Positions 11,973-24,877 are shown, counted from the whole stretch's first letter. The stretch: 63,530 nucleotides of DNA, filler included, from Rhabdomonas costata (GCA_019059605.1; 45 parts of 45 records of this genome joined end to end with filler, not necessarily neighbours in it); one strand, 5' to 3'. Numbers and translations: made by a program. The notes: generated by a model from the letters alone, not told the origin.

Positions 11973-14679
11973 GTATGTCTCCTGGCGTCCTTTTTGTGCG
12001 GGGGTGCTTCATGGGTCCTTCCCTTGGTCGTTTTCTCGAGGAACGGAGGCGTTCCCAAAGGTCTTTCAACCGGTCTCCAACCCGGCCTCACCGGAAATGG
12101 GGATGGGATTGAGGGACTAAAAGTTCGTTTGGTTTGGTAGTAGTTCTGAGATAAGTCGCCTGCTTGGCCTACGTGCGCCGAGGTTGGATCCACTGACAAT
12201 GATTAGTTTTCAGGCCTGTTTAGTTTGCTGCGTTTCCAAGGCGCCCCTTAGAAAACGTTTGTACAGGCCTGCACACTGCGTAAGGTTGCCACTGTTGTTG
12301 CCATGGCTGTTATCGGACCTTGTTTTCGGAGGTGAAAGAAAGTTCAAGTGCCCGTACGACGCAGCCCGGGCAATGGCACCAACCAAGTAGAAGCTCAAGG
12401 GGGCCAAGTGTACCAAGTGTGCGGGCGAGGGTGAATATTAGGAAAACCTGACCCCAAGGACCGGTCACGCGCAGCGTTTTGGGAGGACTGCAAAATATGA
12501 AAAAGACCCCAGTCCCTGCTTCGGTTCAGCCCTCTTCAGAATTCTTCTTCTTCTCTTCTTCTTCTTTGCGTTTTCGTTGCGTTTCTTCCGGATGCCGTTC
12601 ATGGTGGTGATGGTGATGCTCATGGACCCACCAAANNNNNNNNNNNNNNNNNNNNNNNNNNNNNNNNNNNNNNNNNNNNTTAATTAATTAANNNNNNNNN
12701 NNNNNNNNNNNNNNNNNNNNNNNNNNNNNNNNNNNAAATGCATCCAAGGCCACCGCATACTGTTAAGGCGCACATGCCCCCTTGTTAATTTCAGGCGGAG
12801 CCCTTCGACGGTAAATTTGACGGAATTTGCAGCTAATTAATGGACAATTAGTTGGACCACTGTAGTTGCCCTGTTGGCAGAACTCACTAAAGTTCAACTA
12901 AAACACACCCTTCGATATTCCCAAAGCGGACCCAAAGCTGAGAATCGAAGAGTACAAAACGCACGGGTCTGTGACCTTGTGAATGTCCCGGTGGAAGAGC
13001 AAACCCCTTCCCAATAGAACACAACAGCTGCCAGCCATCCACACATCGTGCGGGCACTATTGTAAGAGCCCCTGCCACCGTCGGCTCACTCTCAGCTCCC
13101 AATCACCACAAGCAGTAAGACGCACAGAAGCCCAAGCACCGCCGCGGCGCCAAGCATGGACATACACCACGAGTAGTTCAGCTCATCAACCGTCGCCCTC
13201 TAAAAGAGATGCCCCAGAACATTTTTACAGAATAATTGAAAGAAAAGTACAGCATAACAACCGCAGGGAGCACCACAATACACATGCCAATCACTGAATT
13301 CGAAGCGTGCAGATGGATCACCCCTGAAACCGCCAATTCCAATCATCAAAGAACCAAGGAATAAGGGATGCATCCATGCAGGCACATGTATGGCAGATAT
13401 GTCTCCTGCGATTTGGAGCTGGGCAAGGAAATATCAAGAGACGGAACCTCGTGATTCACGCGAGCGGCATTTCAGAATGCAGAAGAGATAAGATACTTCA
13501 CCACTATACCCATATCACTCGCAGACCCAGGAGTTCGAGTTCTTTGGCAAAGTGGGCTTTTCTGCTGCAAAAAAAAGCCACAGTCGTTCACAGACCTCCC
13601 GCTTGGTGCCCTTTGGGCCACTAGCAGCCTTCAACATCGTCTTCCCCGCACTGCCGGTCTTCGCCGCCTTCTTCTTCTTCTTCCCCTGATTCGCTTCCGG
13701 AAAGAAGCCCTGTTTGAGCTTCGCCAAATGAGCGGCCGTATCTCGGAAAAGCTTTGTAACGGCCAGGAGTCCCACGATAACCGAACCAAAGAGCATCCGT
13801 ATCAACGACACAATGAGTGTAGACGTCACACGAGCCGCGTAATAAGGGACTTCAAGCCAAGTCAGGCAGATCTAAAAGGCAAGTCACCAACAGCACCCAA
13901 CAGGTGCACAGAAAAACTGCGCCCACATACTGTTTTTTATACAGGTACACACCCAAGAGCGAGACAAAGGCACCGAGTGGTAACAGCAATCAGTGGTCAG
14001 AGAACACTGGCTTCAAGCTTTGATAAACTTAACTATAAAAAAACAACNNNNNNNNNNNNNNNNNNNNNNNNNNNNNNNNNNNNNNNNNNNNTTAATTAAT
14101 TAANNNNNNNNNNNNNNNNNNNNNNNNNNNNNNNNNNNNNNNNNNNNTGGTGAACTCCGCTGCACAGAAGTTCTTGCAGCGGAGTTCAGCAACAAACGGA
14201 CAATCTACAAGAAGGAACACGAAAAGATGTGAAGGGGGAAGCAAAAGACAAAAACTGAGTGAAACTGGAAAGAGAAATCGAAGATTGCGAAGACGGGGAC
14301 AAAAAGAGGGCGCAGCAGTAGTCTGTGAGGAGTGCAAAGGAGGATAAACAGGAAAGAGTTGTGGGAAGAAGGAAGTGGGAGAGCCGGAGAATCGAGAAGA
14401 GATCGCAGTAACACAAACAGGAAACGAGTAGGAGGCACAAAAAGCATATTCATAGGGAAGAAGGATGAAAAATGCACGAATGACGAGAGAGAAAAGCGTT
14501 CAAACATCGGAACGAAGAGAAGAGCCGTCATGAGCACTATGAGTTGAGGCTGACGAAAGGCTGTCGCCTGAGCATGCCAGGGGGAGAGCGAGGCGGTGAC
14601 AGAGAGGGGAAAGGAGCGAGAGATCGGTGACGGAAGGAAAAGCGTTGGCGTTGGCGGAACACTTTACATCAAGATATAC

Positions 14680-15455
14680 GAACGAGGAAGAGGGGGTGAG
14701 CCCAAGACTATCGGGAATCACCACGTACTCCCGCTGGCCCCCCACCGCCTTTGCCACACTTGCCGAGACCCGGCACCACAGATCCGCGTACAGCGAAGGT
14801 CCTGAGTCGGGATGGAGTGTGCGACACGCCCGGAACAGCTTGCGGAGAAACCCCAAGGAGGAGGGCCCCATCCTCCAGTGGTCTCTCCGAGAACCACCGC
14901 AAAACGCAAGCCAGCGTTGCGGCACCGGGCGAGGTATTGGTCGTCTGCCGCTGACGGCGGCCAGAGACCGCGCCGCACTCTTTGGTGAGGTCCACCTGCG
15001 GCTGCAGGGGAACTCAGGGGAAGGGTCGACTGTCATGTCCACCCCGTGGTCAAAGCCGATGATAACAAGTACCTCGTTGTCGGGAGCAGTCCACACCCTG
15101 CTCGCGGTGACAAGCAGTGTCTTCCGCAATGTTCACCAGGGCGTCGACCAGGGCCGGGGCCCAATTGAGTGCAAACAACGCTACAGCCCGAGACAAAACT
15201 TTACCAGCGAGAGGAGAACGGGCGTGCAGCCAAGGCAAAGTAGGCACTTAGGGAGCTAGCCAAATGAAGGCGTACCGACGAGGCTGTACTCCGTGGTCGA
15301 GTAAACTCCGCGGTAGTTGAAACCTCCCGTGGTCACCAGGTTGGAGCCCAGGCGGTCTATTGCGAACTGGAATAAAGAACCGGGAATCTTCTCCGGGCTC
15401 GCAGGACATGGCGTCAGAGCCGAAATCACCCCGGAGGATCCACAGTAGCCCCCCC
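14680..15455 (-). mobile_element. Degenerate CRE/SLACS-type retrotransposon C-terminus (Zn knuckle + restriction-like endonuclease)
   Basis: Frameshifted motifs GDFGSDAMSC (DxxGDHAxxC-like), ALVDALVNIA, GFDHGVDMTVD, YLARCRNAGLRFAVVLGETTGGWGP and SLGFLRKL...LWCRVSASVAKA, characteristic of RLE domains. Boundaries approximate. Confidence 0.8.
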
Positions 15456-15561
15456 AACCCCNNNNNNNNNNNNNNNNNNNNNNNNNNNNNNNNNNNNNNN
15501 NNNNNTTAATTAATTAANNNNNNNNNNNNNNNNNNNNNNNNNNNNNNNNNNNNNNNNNNNN

Positions 15562-16608
15562 CCGCTTCCGCTCCACCGAAGAACTTCTCACCGCCTTCCC
15601 TTTGGCGACGGCCTTGGAGGGGGACGCTGTGAGGCCCGCACGGGTGGTGCTACTGCTGAAGACGACCGGGGTGTGAGGACGTCCACCGCAAGTCGGCGTG
15701 TTGCACGCGCTGGAAACTCCTCCACGAGAAAGCATGGCGCAGAGACCAGGGGAGCTTCTTCCGCTTAGCCTGCGATTCCGGACTGCCGAAGCATCCGGGG
15801 TGGGCTCAAGGAGTGCAACCTCCTCGGGCATCTCCAGCTTCAGGTACCGCCCGGCATCCTCGGAGATTTGCTTCTGGGAAGAGGGCTCAAGTGTGGTCAG
15901 CAGGCGGTCAGCTCGCTGGGGGTGATGGCTGTGGTACGCCCACCACGAGAGCCGGGCACAGCTGCGAATCTCAGCCACGGGGTCCTCGACGGCTGCCTTC
16001 AAAAACTTTTCCAGGGCATCTCCACACCTCTCTGTGAAGGGTCCGGGGCACCGCTGAAGCATCAGCAGGATGCACTCCGCTGCGCGGGCGCGGCAGGCGC
16101 TGTGCTTGCTCTGGGTGTGCTCCAGGATGCAGTTCATGGCCCGCGCACTGAGCCGGCCGCTGCGAACGACAAACCGGAGGGTGGAGTTGCCGTTGTCTGC
16201 GACAACGGCGATCGTGACCACGGCGCAACGGAAAAGGCTCGGGAGCCACCAGTCGGACATCGCCTCCCACTGTGGACCCTGACTGTGGGAGCACAGGCAC
16301 TGCACCACTGCACACGCCTCCAAGCAGATCACCGTGCGAAGGTCCTTCAGCTGGTTGATCAGAGGCTCGCGCAGGGTCTGCCTCACGATCTGGACAAAGT
16401 TCGGCCAGCTGGAGGCCCCGCCCAATAGACAGCTCTTAACGCGTCGAAGGCTTTCCACCCTCTTAGCCCAGGGTGAGGTGATATCTACAAGCTGCGCGCC
16501 CAGTCGGTCGAACTCCGCACGAAGGTCCTTCTCAGAGTCGAACACAATCGGGGGCGCTTCCTCATTCTGAGAGGAATTGGAGCTCAAACGTGAGCCTCGG
16601 GAAGACAT
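15562..16608 (-). CDS. CLASP: CLASP/Stu1-family microtubule-binding protein, N-terminal TOG/HEAT domain plus SR-rich linker (3' truncated)
   Basis: Uninterrupted 349-codon frame: PIVFDSEKDLRAEF, WAKRVESLRRV, LKDLRTVICLEAC, AVEDPVAEIRSCAR..WWAY..HHPQRADRLL..LEPSSQK fit CLASP_N. Confidence 0.92.
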
Positions 16609-18514
16609 TAGTTACAAAAACAATGAAAAGCTGCGAGCTGAAAGAAAATGTCGATCCGAGAATTGGTTTTGTGGTCAAATCGGATTCTCACGCGGATGGA
16701 TGGAAATAGAGTGGAGGAACTCTCAGGATGTGAGCAGGTCGACGGGACTGCCGGCTTCTGAGAGCTCTCTGCCTCAGTCGGCGCCTGTCATTTCTGGTCG
16801 CTCGCCATCTTCTCCGGGGCTTCGGTCCTTCTCCTCTTTCTCTACCCTCCTCTTGAGCCACCGCCCCCACCCCCCNNNNNNNNNNNNNNNNNNNNNNNNN
16901 NNNNNNNNNNNNNNNNNNNTTAATTAATTAANNNNNNNNNNNNNNNNNNNNNNNNNNNNNNNNNNNNNNNNNNNNGTTTGTTGGTACGTCGTCGTGGGCG
17001 GTGTCTCGCCTCGGCCCCGTCCACCTGACGGCCGATTGACTCGGTGCAGTCATCGTAATCTGCATGGTGCGCAAATGGCGGTCCAGGCAAGTATGTTGGA
17101 CATACGGTCTCATTATAATCTGCCCATATGTGAAGAAGGCGGGTGTAGAAGATGGTTTCGGTGTTGCGAGAGAGTAGTATTGAACAGTTGGTTGGAAGAT
17201 GATGAAAGTAACACAAAAGAGTAGAGATTATGAATTCAGCCGAAACCTAAGTCTCTGTTGGCTTATTTTGCTTGTAAACGCTTCACTCAGTAGATAACGT
17301 GTAGTTCAACGTGACGTTTGCACACATGTTTTCTATTTGATCTTCATCGAGTCGACCGTCAGCAGTAGCAAGTTTAGCAGGGGACTGCACCTTTTAATGA
17401 GAAGCTGATGAAAGGAACAATCTCGCCAGTGCTTGTGAGCAGAAAGGTCGCAGCAGCTTTCCAAACGTTTTGTCTTGGCGCTAACGAAAACAAAAAAGTG
17501 GGGCACAAACACGCAGAACTCAGTGGCAACTATGCAGTGAGAGGGGTTCCATGAAAGAAAGAGATGAACGATAGAATGAGAGAATATCGCAACAGAGTCA
17601 AGAGCTGTGATGATAGATACGAAGACTTTCGGCCTGCTCGACCTCCCTCAAAGGAAGGATGGCAGAGGATGATGGGTAGAGCGGGTGATGTGACGGTGGA
17701 GTTAGTTTGGTGCGGGTTGGATGAGTCGATAGCGGGAATAAGCAGCATGAACAAAGTCTACTACTGCAGGTTCAGCAGCTGCCGGACAAAGTTCCTCTTC
17801 TCGTCATCTCCTAATAACGAGAGATCCACCCGCACCCTATTAAGGGTTGAAGGGTTTCCATCAGTGCGGGAAGTGCGGGAAGCGCCACTAAGTGGCTCAG
17901 CGAGAATACGCTGTTCGCCTCGAACAAGATGATCTCCCAAGATGATCATGATTCACACTTAACAAAATCTGGGACACAACCTGGCGAAACTTCTAACAAA
18001 TAAACGCACACACACTTCGAGAGAGGAGAGAGGCTGGGTTCCGGAACGGAATATTCCTTGAAGTTACTGAGGAGGGCGATAGAGCTCAATCGCACCCATC
18101 CCGTCGAGGGAGCTTCTCTACCACTTTTACCAAAAGGAGTTCCCCCCCTCCTTACAAGTGTACCCTGCCGATAAAAAAGCAATGGGGTGAAAGATAAGCA
18201 GGTAAAAGTTCACGTTTTCATGTACCTTGAAAAGGAAACACCCCCGTTTCTCCCACTCCCAGGGTTTCGTGGCGTTGTGACCAAAAACCNNNNNNNNNNN
18301 NNNNNNNNNNNNNNNNNNNNNNNNNNNNNNNNNTTAATTAATTAANNNNNNNNNNNNNNNNNNNNNNNNNNNNNNNNNNNNNNNNNNNNCGCTTTGGTTG
18401 TGCATTCTTTTTTTACGTTGCACTGCTGTTTTGTATTGTTTTGATCACTGTTGTCTTTTTCAAAGGAGGACGAGCTGCTGCAGTTCCCGAAGGGGGCAGA
18501 AACGCAAGGAATAC

Positions 18515-19259
18515 CCAGCACTTGGGCCGTGGCCATCGCCCGCTTCACCAGCGTCCGGCGATGCTTGTGAAGCTCTTGGAGAACCACCGCGTAGCGCTCG
18601 TGGGCCACAGCAAACCGCTTGTACATACCCTGGCGGTAACTTTCAAGCCAGTGCAGCGCCAGCGCCTACGCCAGAGAAGAAGCAAAGGCACCTATCACAA
18701 GATCACTTCTCGGTAAATGGATGACGGAACGTGACAGGGCTCGAGCCCACCTCCCATGAGGAAAAGGAAGACGAAAAAATACCCGCCCGTCACGTGTTTT
18801 CTGGGCGAAATGAATTGTTCGAATCGGATTAACTGACCTCAGGGCAAAGAACTCTGAAAACGCATTGGCCTTTGTGCACGGGTATGCTAACTTGAAAATA
18901 ACTTGGTGTGTGTATGTTTGTGTGTGTGGAGGCACTGGGCCGGGATCTGCTCGTCAGCTCGATCTGTGCTGTATTCCGTTTCCGGGGGATCGGACTGCGA
19001 CTCTACCCCTGATCAGGGGCGCGCGCGCAAGTGTGTGTATGTGTGTTAATGGTGGTGGTGGTGGTAGTGGTGGGCGTTGTCGCATGCCCTTCGGTCTGCC
19101 AGTGCGAGCTCTTGGCAGTTGGCCACCTCAGAGGCCACGAAGGGGATTGGGGCCACCGCAGGCTCCCTCCCGGGCAGCAGGCTGAGCGGCACGAAGCCCT
19201 GCAGCAGCTCCGCTGGCCCCAGGCTGGGGCGCTCCACCGCACAGTCATGGAACCCCGCC
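18515..19259 (-). CDS. Two probable exons (~19088-19259, ~18515-18629) of an unknown protein
   Basis: Polypyrimidine+AG before AGFHDCAVERPSLGPAELLQGFVPL..., and ccgccag| before GMYKRFAVAHERYAVVLQELHKHRRTLVKRAMATAQVL. No domain recognised, boundaries approximate. Confidence 0.3.
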
Positions 19260-20135
19260 TGGCGAGACAAGAAGAAGAGGAAGAAGCACTGCGATGGGCT
19301 AAGCCAGCATACCAGCATACAGCGATGGACCGTTCCTCCAACTAATGCGGTAGAGGCACCGGAGCAGGACACCCAGGTCACTTCCACTGCCAACCCGGGG
19401 TGAGCGTCGTGACTGCGAGCACGAAAACGTGACGCATACAAACGTACATATTAACCACAGGTCTCGCTGACACGATATACTGCGGTCTTCAAGCAAGAGT
19501 TGTACGGGGGACCGCCATGCAGCATACGAAGGTGCCAACCCCGATGATGATACAGTGGGAGAACAACCTCGGGCAAAAAAGAAACACAGGTATTTCCGCG
19601 GTTGTGGTCTGAGCTATAGCTGAACACGGAGGCAGTTCGAGTCCCACTCCCACGTCACACACATTAATTCCAAAGAAAAGGACACTAATGCCACCCCCCC
19701 CNNNNNNNNNNNNNNNNNNNNNNNNNNNNNNNNNNNNNNNNNNNNTTAATTAATTAANNNNNNNNNNNNNNNNNNNNNNNNNNNNNNNNNNNNNNNNNNN
19801 NTTGTTTTTTGAATTAGTTCACAGCATCACTTCCTCGAATATGGACAAAACAGGCAGACGGAGCCGAACATCTGTTTGCATGTTGGAATCGTATCTCCGC
19901 CTTGTATTGGCGTTCTCTTTCCTTCCCTTCCCTTCCACCCAAGGAAGAAAAAAGCAGTGCCCAATTGCAGCACCTCATCATGTTCATTACTGTTCATTAC
20001 CGGCAACAATGTATTCGCATCTATGAATCTCACCGAAGCAGTGCTTTTGACAAGATTTAGATCTTGAATATGACAAGATTTAGCTCTCACCGCGTCAGCG
20101 AATGTTTTACCAGTACTGGCAGAAAAGACGCGAAC

Positions 20136-20672
20136 TTGGGGTTCTGGACGTGGATGCTGCGGCAGTCGTCCCACTGGTCGCACTTCCCATACTTCAGGAA
20201 GTTGTAGCAGTGCACCACTCGCGGGGGCCGGCGCTGCATCGAATACACCTCCGTGAGGTACCTATTTTTATACAATTTTGGCCATGCAACAGAGAGAGAG
20301 AGAGAGAGAGAGAGAGGAAAGAGGTGCAAATAAGAAATAATGTATGACATGTTCTTGCATTTCGGAGAAATAGACTGTCCTTGTCGCGCATTCATTCACA
20401 AAGCCCCACCATTTGATACACCCGCACTGTGGGCACCTCTCAAAAGGGGGTCAACAGTGATCTCTTTGCCACGCACATGCAAACCGATAAAAGCATTCAG
20501 CAATCCTGCTAACCCCGCACAACCTGTGGCTGCCTGCGGTGACGTAGATCTGGTGCGTGGGGTTTGTTTTCACCACTCCAGTGTCGCCCAAGTCCCACAC
20601 GTCGACAAAGGCCCCAGGCTCATGCAAGGCGTGGCGGCCGGGAGGAGGGATCAGCTCTTGCAACGAGTGCGC
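20136..20672 (-). CDS. CCCH zinc-finger RNA-binding protein, kinetoplastid ZC3H-like; exons 20524-20672 and 20136-20261
   Basis: GT-AG intron joins in frame: HEPGAFVDVWDL...PTHQIYVTAGSHR|YLTE...VVHCYNFLKYGKCDQWDDCRSIHV, a C-x8-C-x5-C-x3-H finger. Confidence 0.85.
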
Positions 20673-21351
20673 CTATGCATTGTATGGAGAACAGTGGAGC
20701 ACCTCCCCCTTTCTTCTCTTCGACATCCTGCGAAACGCACACGAGAACTCCACATTTTTCCCTCCCGCCCAACTCTGTGCCGCAGCCGCGCCTCTCTCAG
20801 CCGTCACACAATTCTTGCAAAAACTTTCCCTTCCCACTCCATCCCCGCCTGTTCTTGCCTGTTCTTTTTTTCTATGTCACTGTACCCTTGTGCTTCCGCG
20901 CCAATGCTGCTGCCACTAAGGTTCAATCCTGAGCCCATCCTGTGTGCATCCAACCGTGCGGGCCTCTGTTGCTGCAATAACGTTTCGTTTTCCTCCCTTC
21001 GGAGACGCAGACGAGATTCGAGTCAGGGCGAGGGGTGGGGCAACACATGCTCGCCCCTCCTGTCCGCCTTCTCTCAACCTGGTTTTCTTCAAAGGTGCGA
21101 GCGTTACCCCACCACCNNNNNNNNNNNNNNNNNNNNNNNNNNNNNNNNNNNNNNNNNNNNTTAATTAATTAANNNNNNNNNNNNNNNNNNNNNNNNNNNN
21201 NNNNNNNNNNNNNNNNGGTACAGAGGCACTGGAGTGTTTACGTTTACAAAACCATTCATCAGAAAAAAAAGGTGGGTAGGCACACACAATACCCACAACG
21301 CAATACCGCCTTTCGACTCCCTCCACAAAGATTGCAAGGAGAGAGGTGCAC

Positions 21352-22224
21352 CTCCGGTTAGCTCGAACATGATCACCACGAGAGAAATTGTCATCCGAGT
21401 GACTCCAGCCAGCATCCCAGCGGCCCCAACGATGGCGTATACCCCTTTTGTTGAATAAACAAGTTGCGGACTTTCACGGAGTTTTCAGTGACGCGTACAG
21501 ATGAGTTCCGATCGGCTTGAGGTGCATGCAGGCAAGCTCTTACGAAGGTGCGAAGGTAGTGGCGAGGATACTTCATCCAAGCAAGGCGCTATTTCCGCCG
21601 CTTTCTCGAATTGTCAAGAAACTCTATGTTGCAATTTTTGCCATTATTTGCTGGCAGTTCTGACATCTTCACGTTCGTTTCAATATAAGGAATCGATTCT
21701 TCATCTGCAACGCAAAAAAAAACCCCAGCGGAAATTAACATGACAAGCACACCCGGCACGACACAAGCGGAGTCGGCGTTGCACTCCGCAAACTGAAACA
21801 TCAAGCAACGAAGGAAAGGCATCGCAGAGGTGCGAAGATGAGCATCCTGAGGAAACATCAACCAAAACTTCCCGTTCAATAGCAACCAGTTAAACGTAAA
21901 AAGCCCAAAGAGTGGGTGTGTCCACCCCATCCGCAGGAGGAGCTTCTTTCTTCAGGCTGGGTATTCAGCCTTGGGGTTTGGAATAAAAAAGGAAAGAGAA
22001 AAAGGGAGATGAATAGATTCAGGGGGAAAGACTGAACACAAACTGGACGAGTGAGCGATTGCCGGTGAGGTAGTTGCTCCCCAATCAGCAGGAGTGGTGG
22101 ACCACGGAAACATACGAATCGCATTTGAGGAAAGCTCTCAACGGCCATCTGGGTGAGGATGCCCACCACCCGCCCCAGAGCAGCCCCCGTGAACAGCGAG
22201 GGGATGAAGATCCCCGCAGGTACC
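21352..22224 (-). CDS. CLC chloride channel/antiporter (ClC-3/4/5-like); exons 22116-22224, 21753-21792, 21352-21444
   Basis: Spliced: [21 protein letters not shown]...[44 protein letters not shown]. GxFxP and TRMT motifs present, all introns GT-AG and phase-consistent. Confidence 0.95.
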
Positions 22225-22965
22225 CTGGGCAAAAGACCCCCTATCCATTTCCGAGGTGCTGTCGCCAGGAATGATGCTTGGAAGCAGAGGGAGAAGCCGT
22301 CGACAGCAAGGTCGTAAGTCGGGTTAAGAAACCGAAGAACGTTGGGGTGCGTTATGATAACAAAAATTAAACCTAACGAAGCGCTGCGGTGTTTCGATTC
22401 TTTCGCTGCGTGGCTGCAAGCTGGTGGCCTTAGGGAAGCTGAGGAGTACAAAACGCCACATGTCATTCAAGCAACACACGGCAAAAAAAAATGGAGCAAA
22501 GACACAAAGTGACATGACTGACCCCCCAACNNNNNNNNNNNNNNNNNNNNNNNNNNNNNNNNNNNNNNNNNNNNTTAATTAATTAANNNNNNNNNNNNNN
22601 NNNNNNNNNNNNNNNNNNNNNNNNNNNNNNTTTTGTTGTTCAAATGGTATTGGCGTCTTGAAGGTGGCTCCCTTTACTGGGGGAGACCGTGACGGTTGAA
22701 GTGCACCGCCCTTTAACTAGAGCCGTCAGTTATCCCAGGCACCACATCGTCGATTTCAGAGCACAGTTTAGAGTCATTTTGTGGGGAGAGGGGGGTGTTC
22801 CCGAATGCATGACATTAGGTTGTGCTTGGCATGTGCAAGTGGAGACAAGTCTCAGCGCGAGCTGTTTGCGCGGACATTGAAACGTCGAAACGTTGAGACG
22901 TCGTGCCCTTTTGGATTTTCCGCTCTCTTCTCCATTTTCCTCCTTCTCTCTCGGTCATCCCTCAG

Positions 22966-23710
22966 CCCTCGCAACTTGACCTACAGTGGCCTGGACTACT
23001 ACTTCGAACCTATATCTAACTGCAGCCTGGGCCCAGAGGCCTTCCCAGGACAGATCCAGGTAGGTGCCTCCCAGCGAGGGGTATCCATCTGTCCTGCCGG
23101 TCGCCTGCTTTGCTTACCTCAATACTGTGGGTCGCTTTTCTGCTGGCCTTTCACTGCAAACTCGTTGCCTAAAGCCACGGCGGCAGCATTGCAGTGCATG
23201 CAAAGTCACGGTGCTGGCGACACCTAGGAGCACCAGTAGACATCGGGAAGAGCAGCGAGCAATAAGGGCGGGGGGGCCACACGCTGATATTGAGGGTTCT
23301 AGTGAGAAAGGCAATTGCACACGTAAAAAAAAAACAGCTTTAAAGGGTGGTAATATTTTGACCGGGGAGCGGTCGCGGTTTTTTGAGTTCGCCACTATGT
23401 GTGTGCGGGGGGCGTGCGTCTTCGTTTTTCCGCCCCATTTGGAGGCCCCATACCTTGAGAAACGTCGGCGTATCATTGGTCCCACCCCCGCCCCTCGCGG
23501 GAGCCTTCCCTTAGCAGCCATTCTTCTCGATGGGCCACAGGTGTCGCGGATCTCGGAGGGCTCGGCGAAGTACGGGCTTGTGCCGCGGCAGTTTCGGGGG
23601 CGCACCCTGGAGTACTGGAGGGCGCAGAGCTCGCGGTACATCCTCCGCAGGCCCAGGCCGTGGTACGCCAGCCACCTGCAGCGCTTTCTGAGCGAAGTCC
23701 TGCCAACGAG
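22966..23710 (+). CDS. Alpha-1,6-fucosyltransferase (GT23/FUT8)-like protein; exons 22966-23059 and 23541-23710
   Basis: GLDYYFEPISNCS and LVPRQF...EYWRAQSSRYILRRPRP resemble the YFEPxSxC and WWxAQxxxYxxRP motifs of FUT8-like proteins. Phase-0 GT-AG intron. Confidence 0.65.
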
Positions 23711-24108
23711 GTGCGCATCCCCGGTGGTTGCCCCAAACACACACGCACACACACACGGGATGTGGACCGTTCGGCGGTGAGACTGTTCCCTACGGCACCG
23801 TTCGCTCTATCGGTACCTCTCGCGAGCACTCGTGGCCAACAGCGCGTGTGCCCGTCAGTCCACAGTGGTCACCAACAGTCAATCAGACAACAGCCAGCGC
23901 GCAATGCGCCCAACACACAGACAAAAACGCACACACACACACACNNNNNNNNNNNNNNNNNNNNNNNNNNNNNNNNNNNNNNNNNNNNTTAATTAATTAA
24001 NNNNNNNNNNNNNNNNNNNNNNNNNNNNNNNNNNNNNNNNNNNNGTTGTGGGGGTGGTGGAAGAAGGGCTGTCTGGCTAGGGGCCTTTCCCGCTCTTTGG
24101 GATTTTAG

Positions 24109-24877
24109 GGGTTGCGGTGGACACTGTGGAGTTCTGCCGGCGCCTTCGAAGGCCGCGAAAGGTCATAGTACTGGTGCCCGCAGGCGGCGCGACGCTCGAT
24201 ATGCTTGATGCCCTGGAGCGTGGTTTGGAGATGGTGCGCTGCCCTCCCCACCTCGACGCCTGCGCATATTCCCACCCGGTTCACGCCTCGCGTCAGAACT
24301 CTGTGATCAACCGCTGGGGTACCCACCGGAAAGACTGGCGCAGCCAAAAAAATATTGCCCGTGCGATCTTAAAAGTGAGAGGTGAGAAAAGGTGGTCCTG
24401 ATTTTGGCCTTAACAATGCGTTCATGGACGGGTAAAATAGTCTCCCTTTGGGACATGGTTGCTACTTGTGCATTCTTAGCATGGTTGCTACTTGTGCATT
24501 CTTAGTGTGCGTCTTCTTAATTTGGGGTATGCCCGCGCATGTTTGCGCGATGCCAAGACGGAAAGGAAACGTCTTTATTTTATTCTTCGTAATTTTTCTC
24601 AAAAAGAAAAGTTAAAGGTGCCCTGCGCAGATCATTCAGGAAATTGCTGGTAACTGCAGGAAGAGCCTCCCTCCGGAACAGGAAAAGGCAGGAGCTGATG
24701 TTCGCGATGTTTTGCCGCCTGCGCTGCAGGGCGATGTTGTGGTGGACGCAGGCAACTCCCACCCCGACGACACTGCCAAGAATTGCGCGCGGCTGGAGTC
24801 GCGTGAGGTGCTCTTTGTGGGCTGTGGCACCTCCGGGGGCGAGTACGGCGCCCGCCACGGACCCGCGTTCATGCCCG
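24109..24877 (+). CDS. PGD: 6-phosphogluconate dehydrogenase; exons 24109-24233 and 24730-24877
   Basis: FCRRLRRPRKVIVLVPAGGAT...|GDVVVDAGNSHPDDT...LFVGCGTSGGEYGARHGPAFMPG. Intron gtgcgc...ctgcag. Confidence 0.93.
24454..24505 (+). repeat. Perfect 26-bp tandem duplication inside the 6PGD intron
   Basis: catggttgctacttgtgcattcttag x2. Confidence 0.95.

Noticed and set aside
15698..16570. Multiple plus-strand ORFs over CLASP, and similar antisense ORFs elsewhere in the ORF track
   Set aside because: Shadow frames of GC-rich coding exons with no independent protein signal.
17564..17760. Helicase motif VI-like QRMMGRAG
   Set aside because: Isolated short match with no other helicase motifs or clear exon boundaries.
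19585..19657. tRNA gene or tRNA-derived SINE (GTTCGAGTCCC B-box at 19635)
   Set aside because: The T-stem does not pair (GGCAG vs CCCAC) and I could not fold a cloverleaf. A tRNAscan-SE run would settle it.
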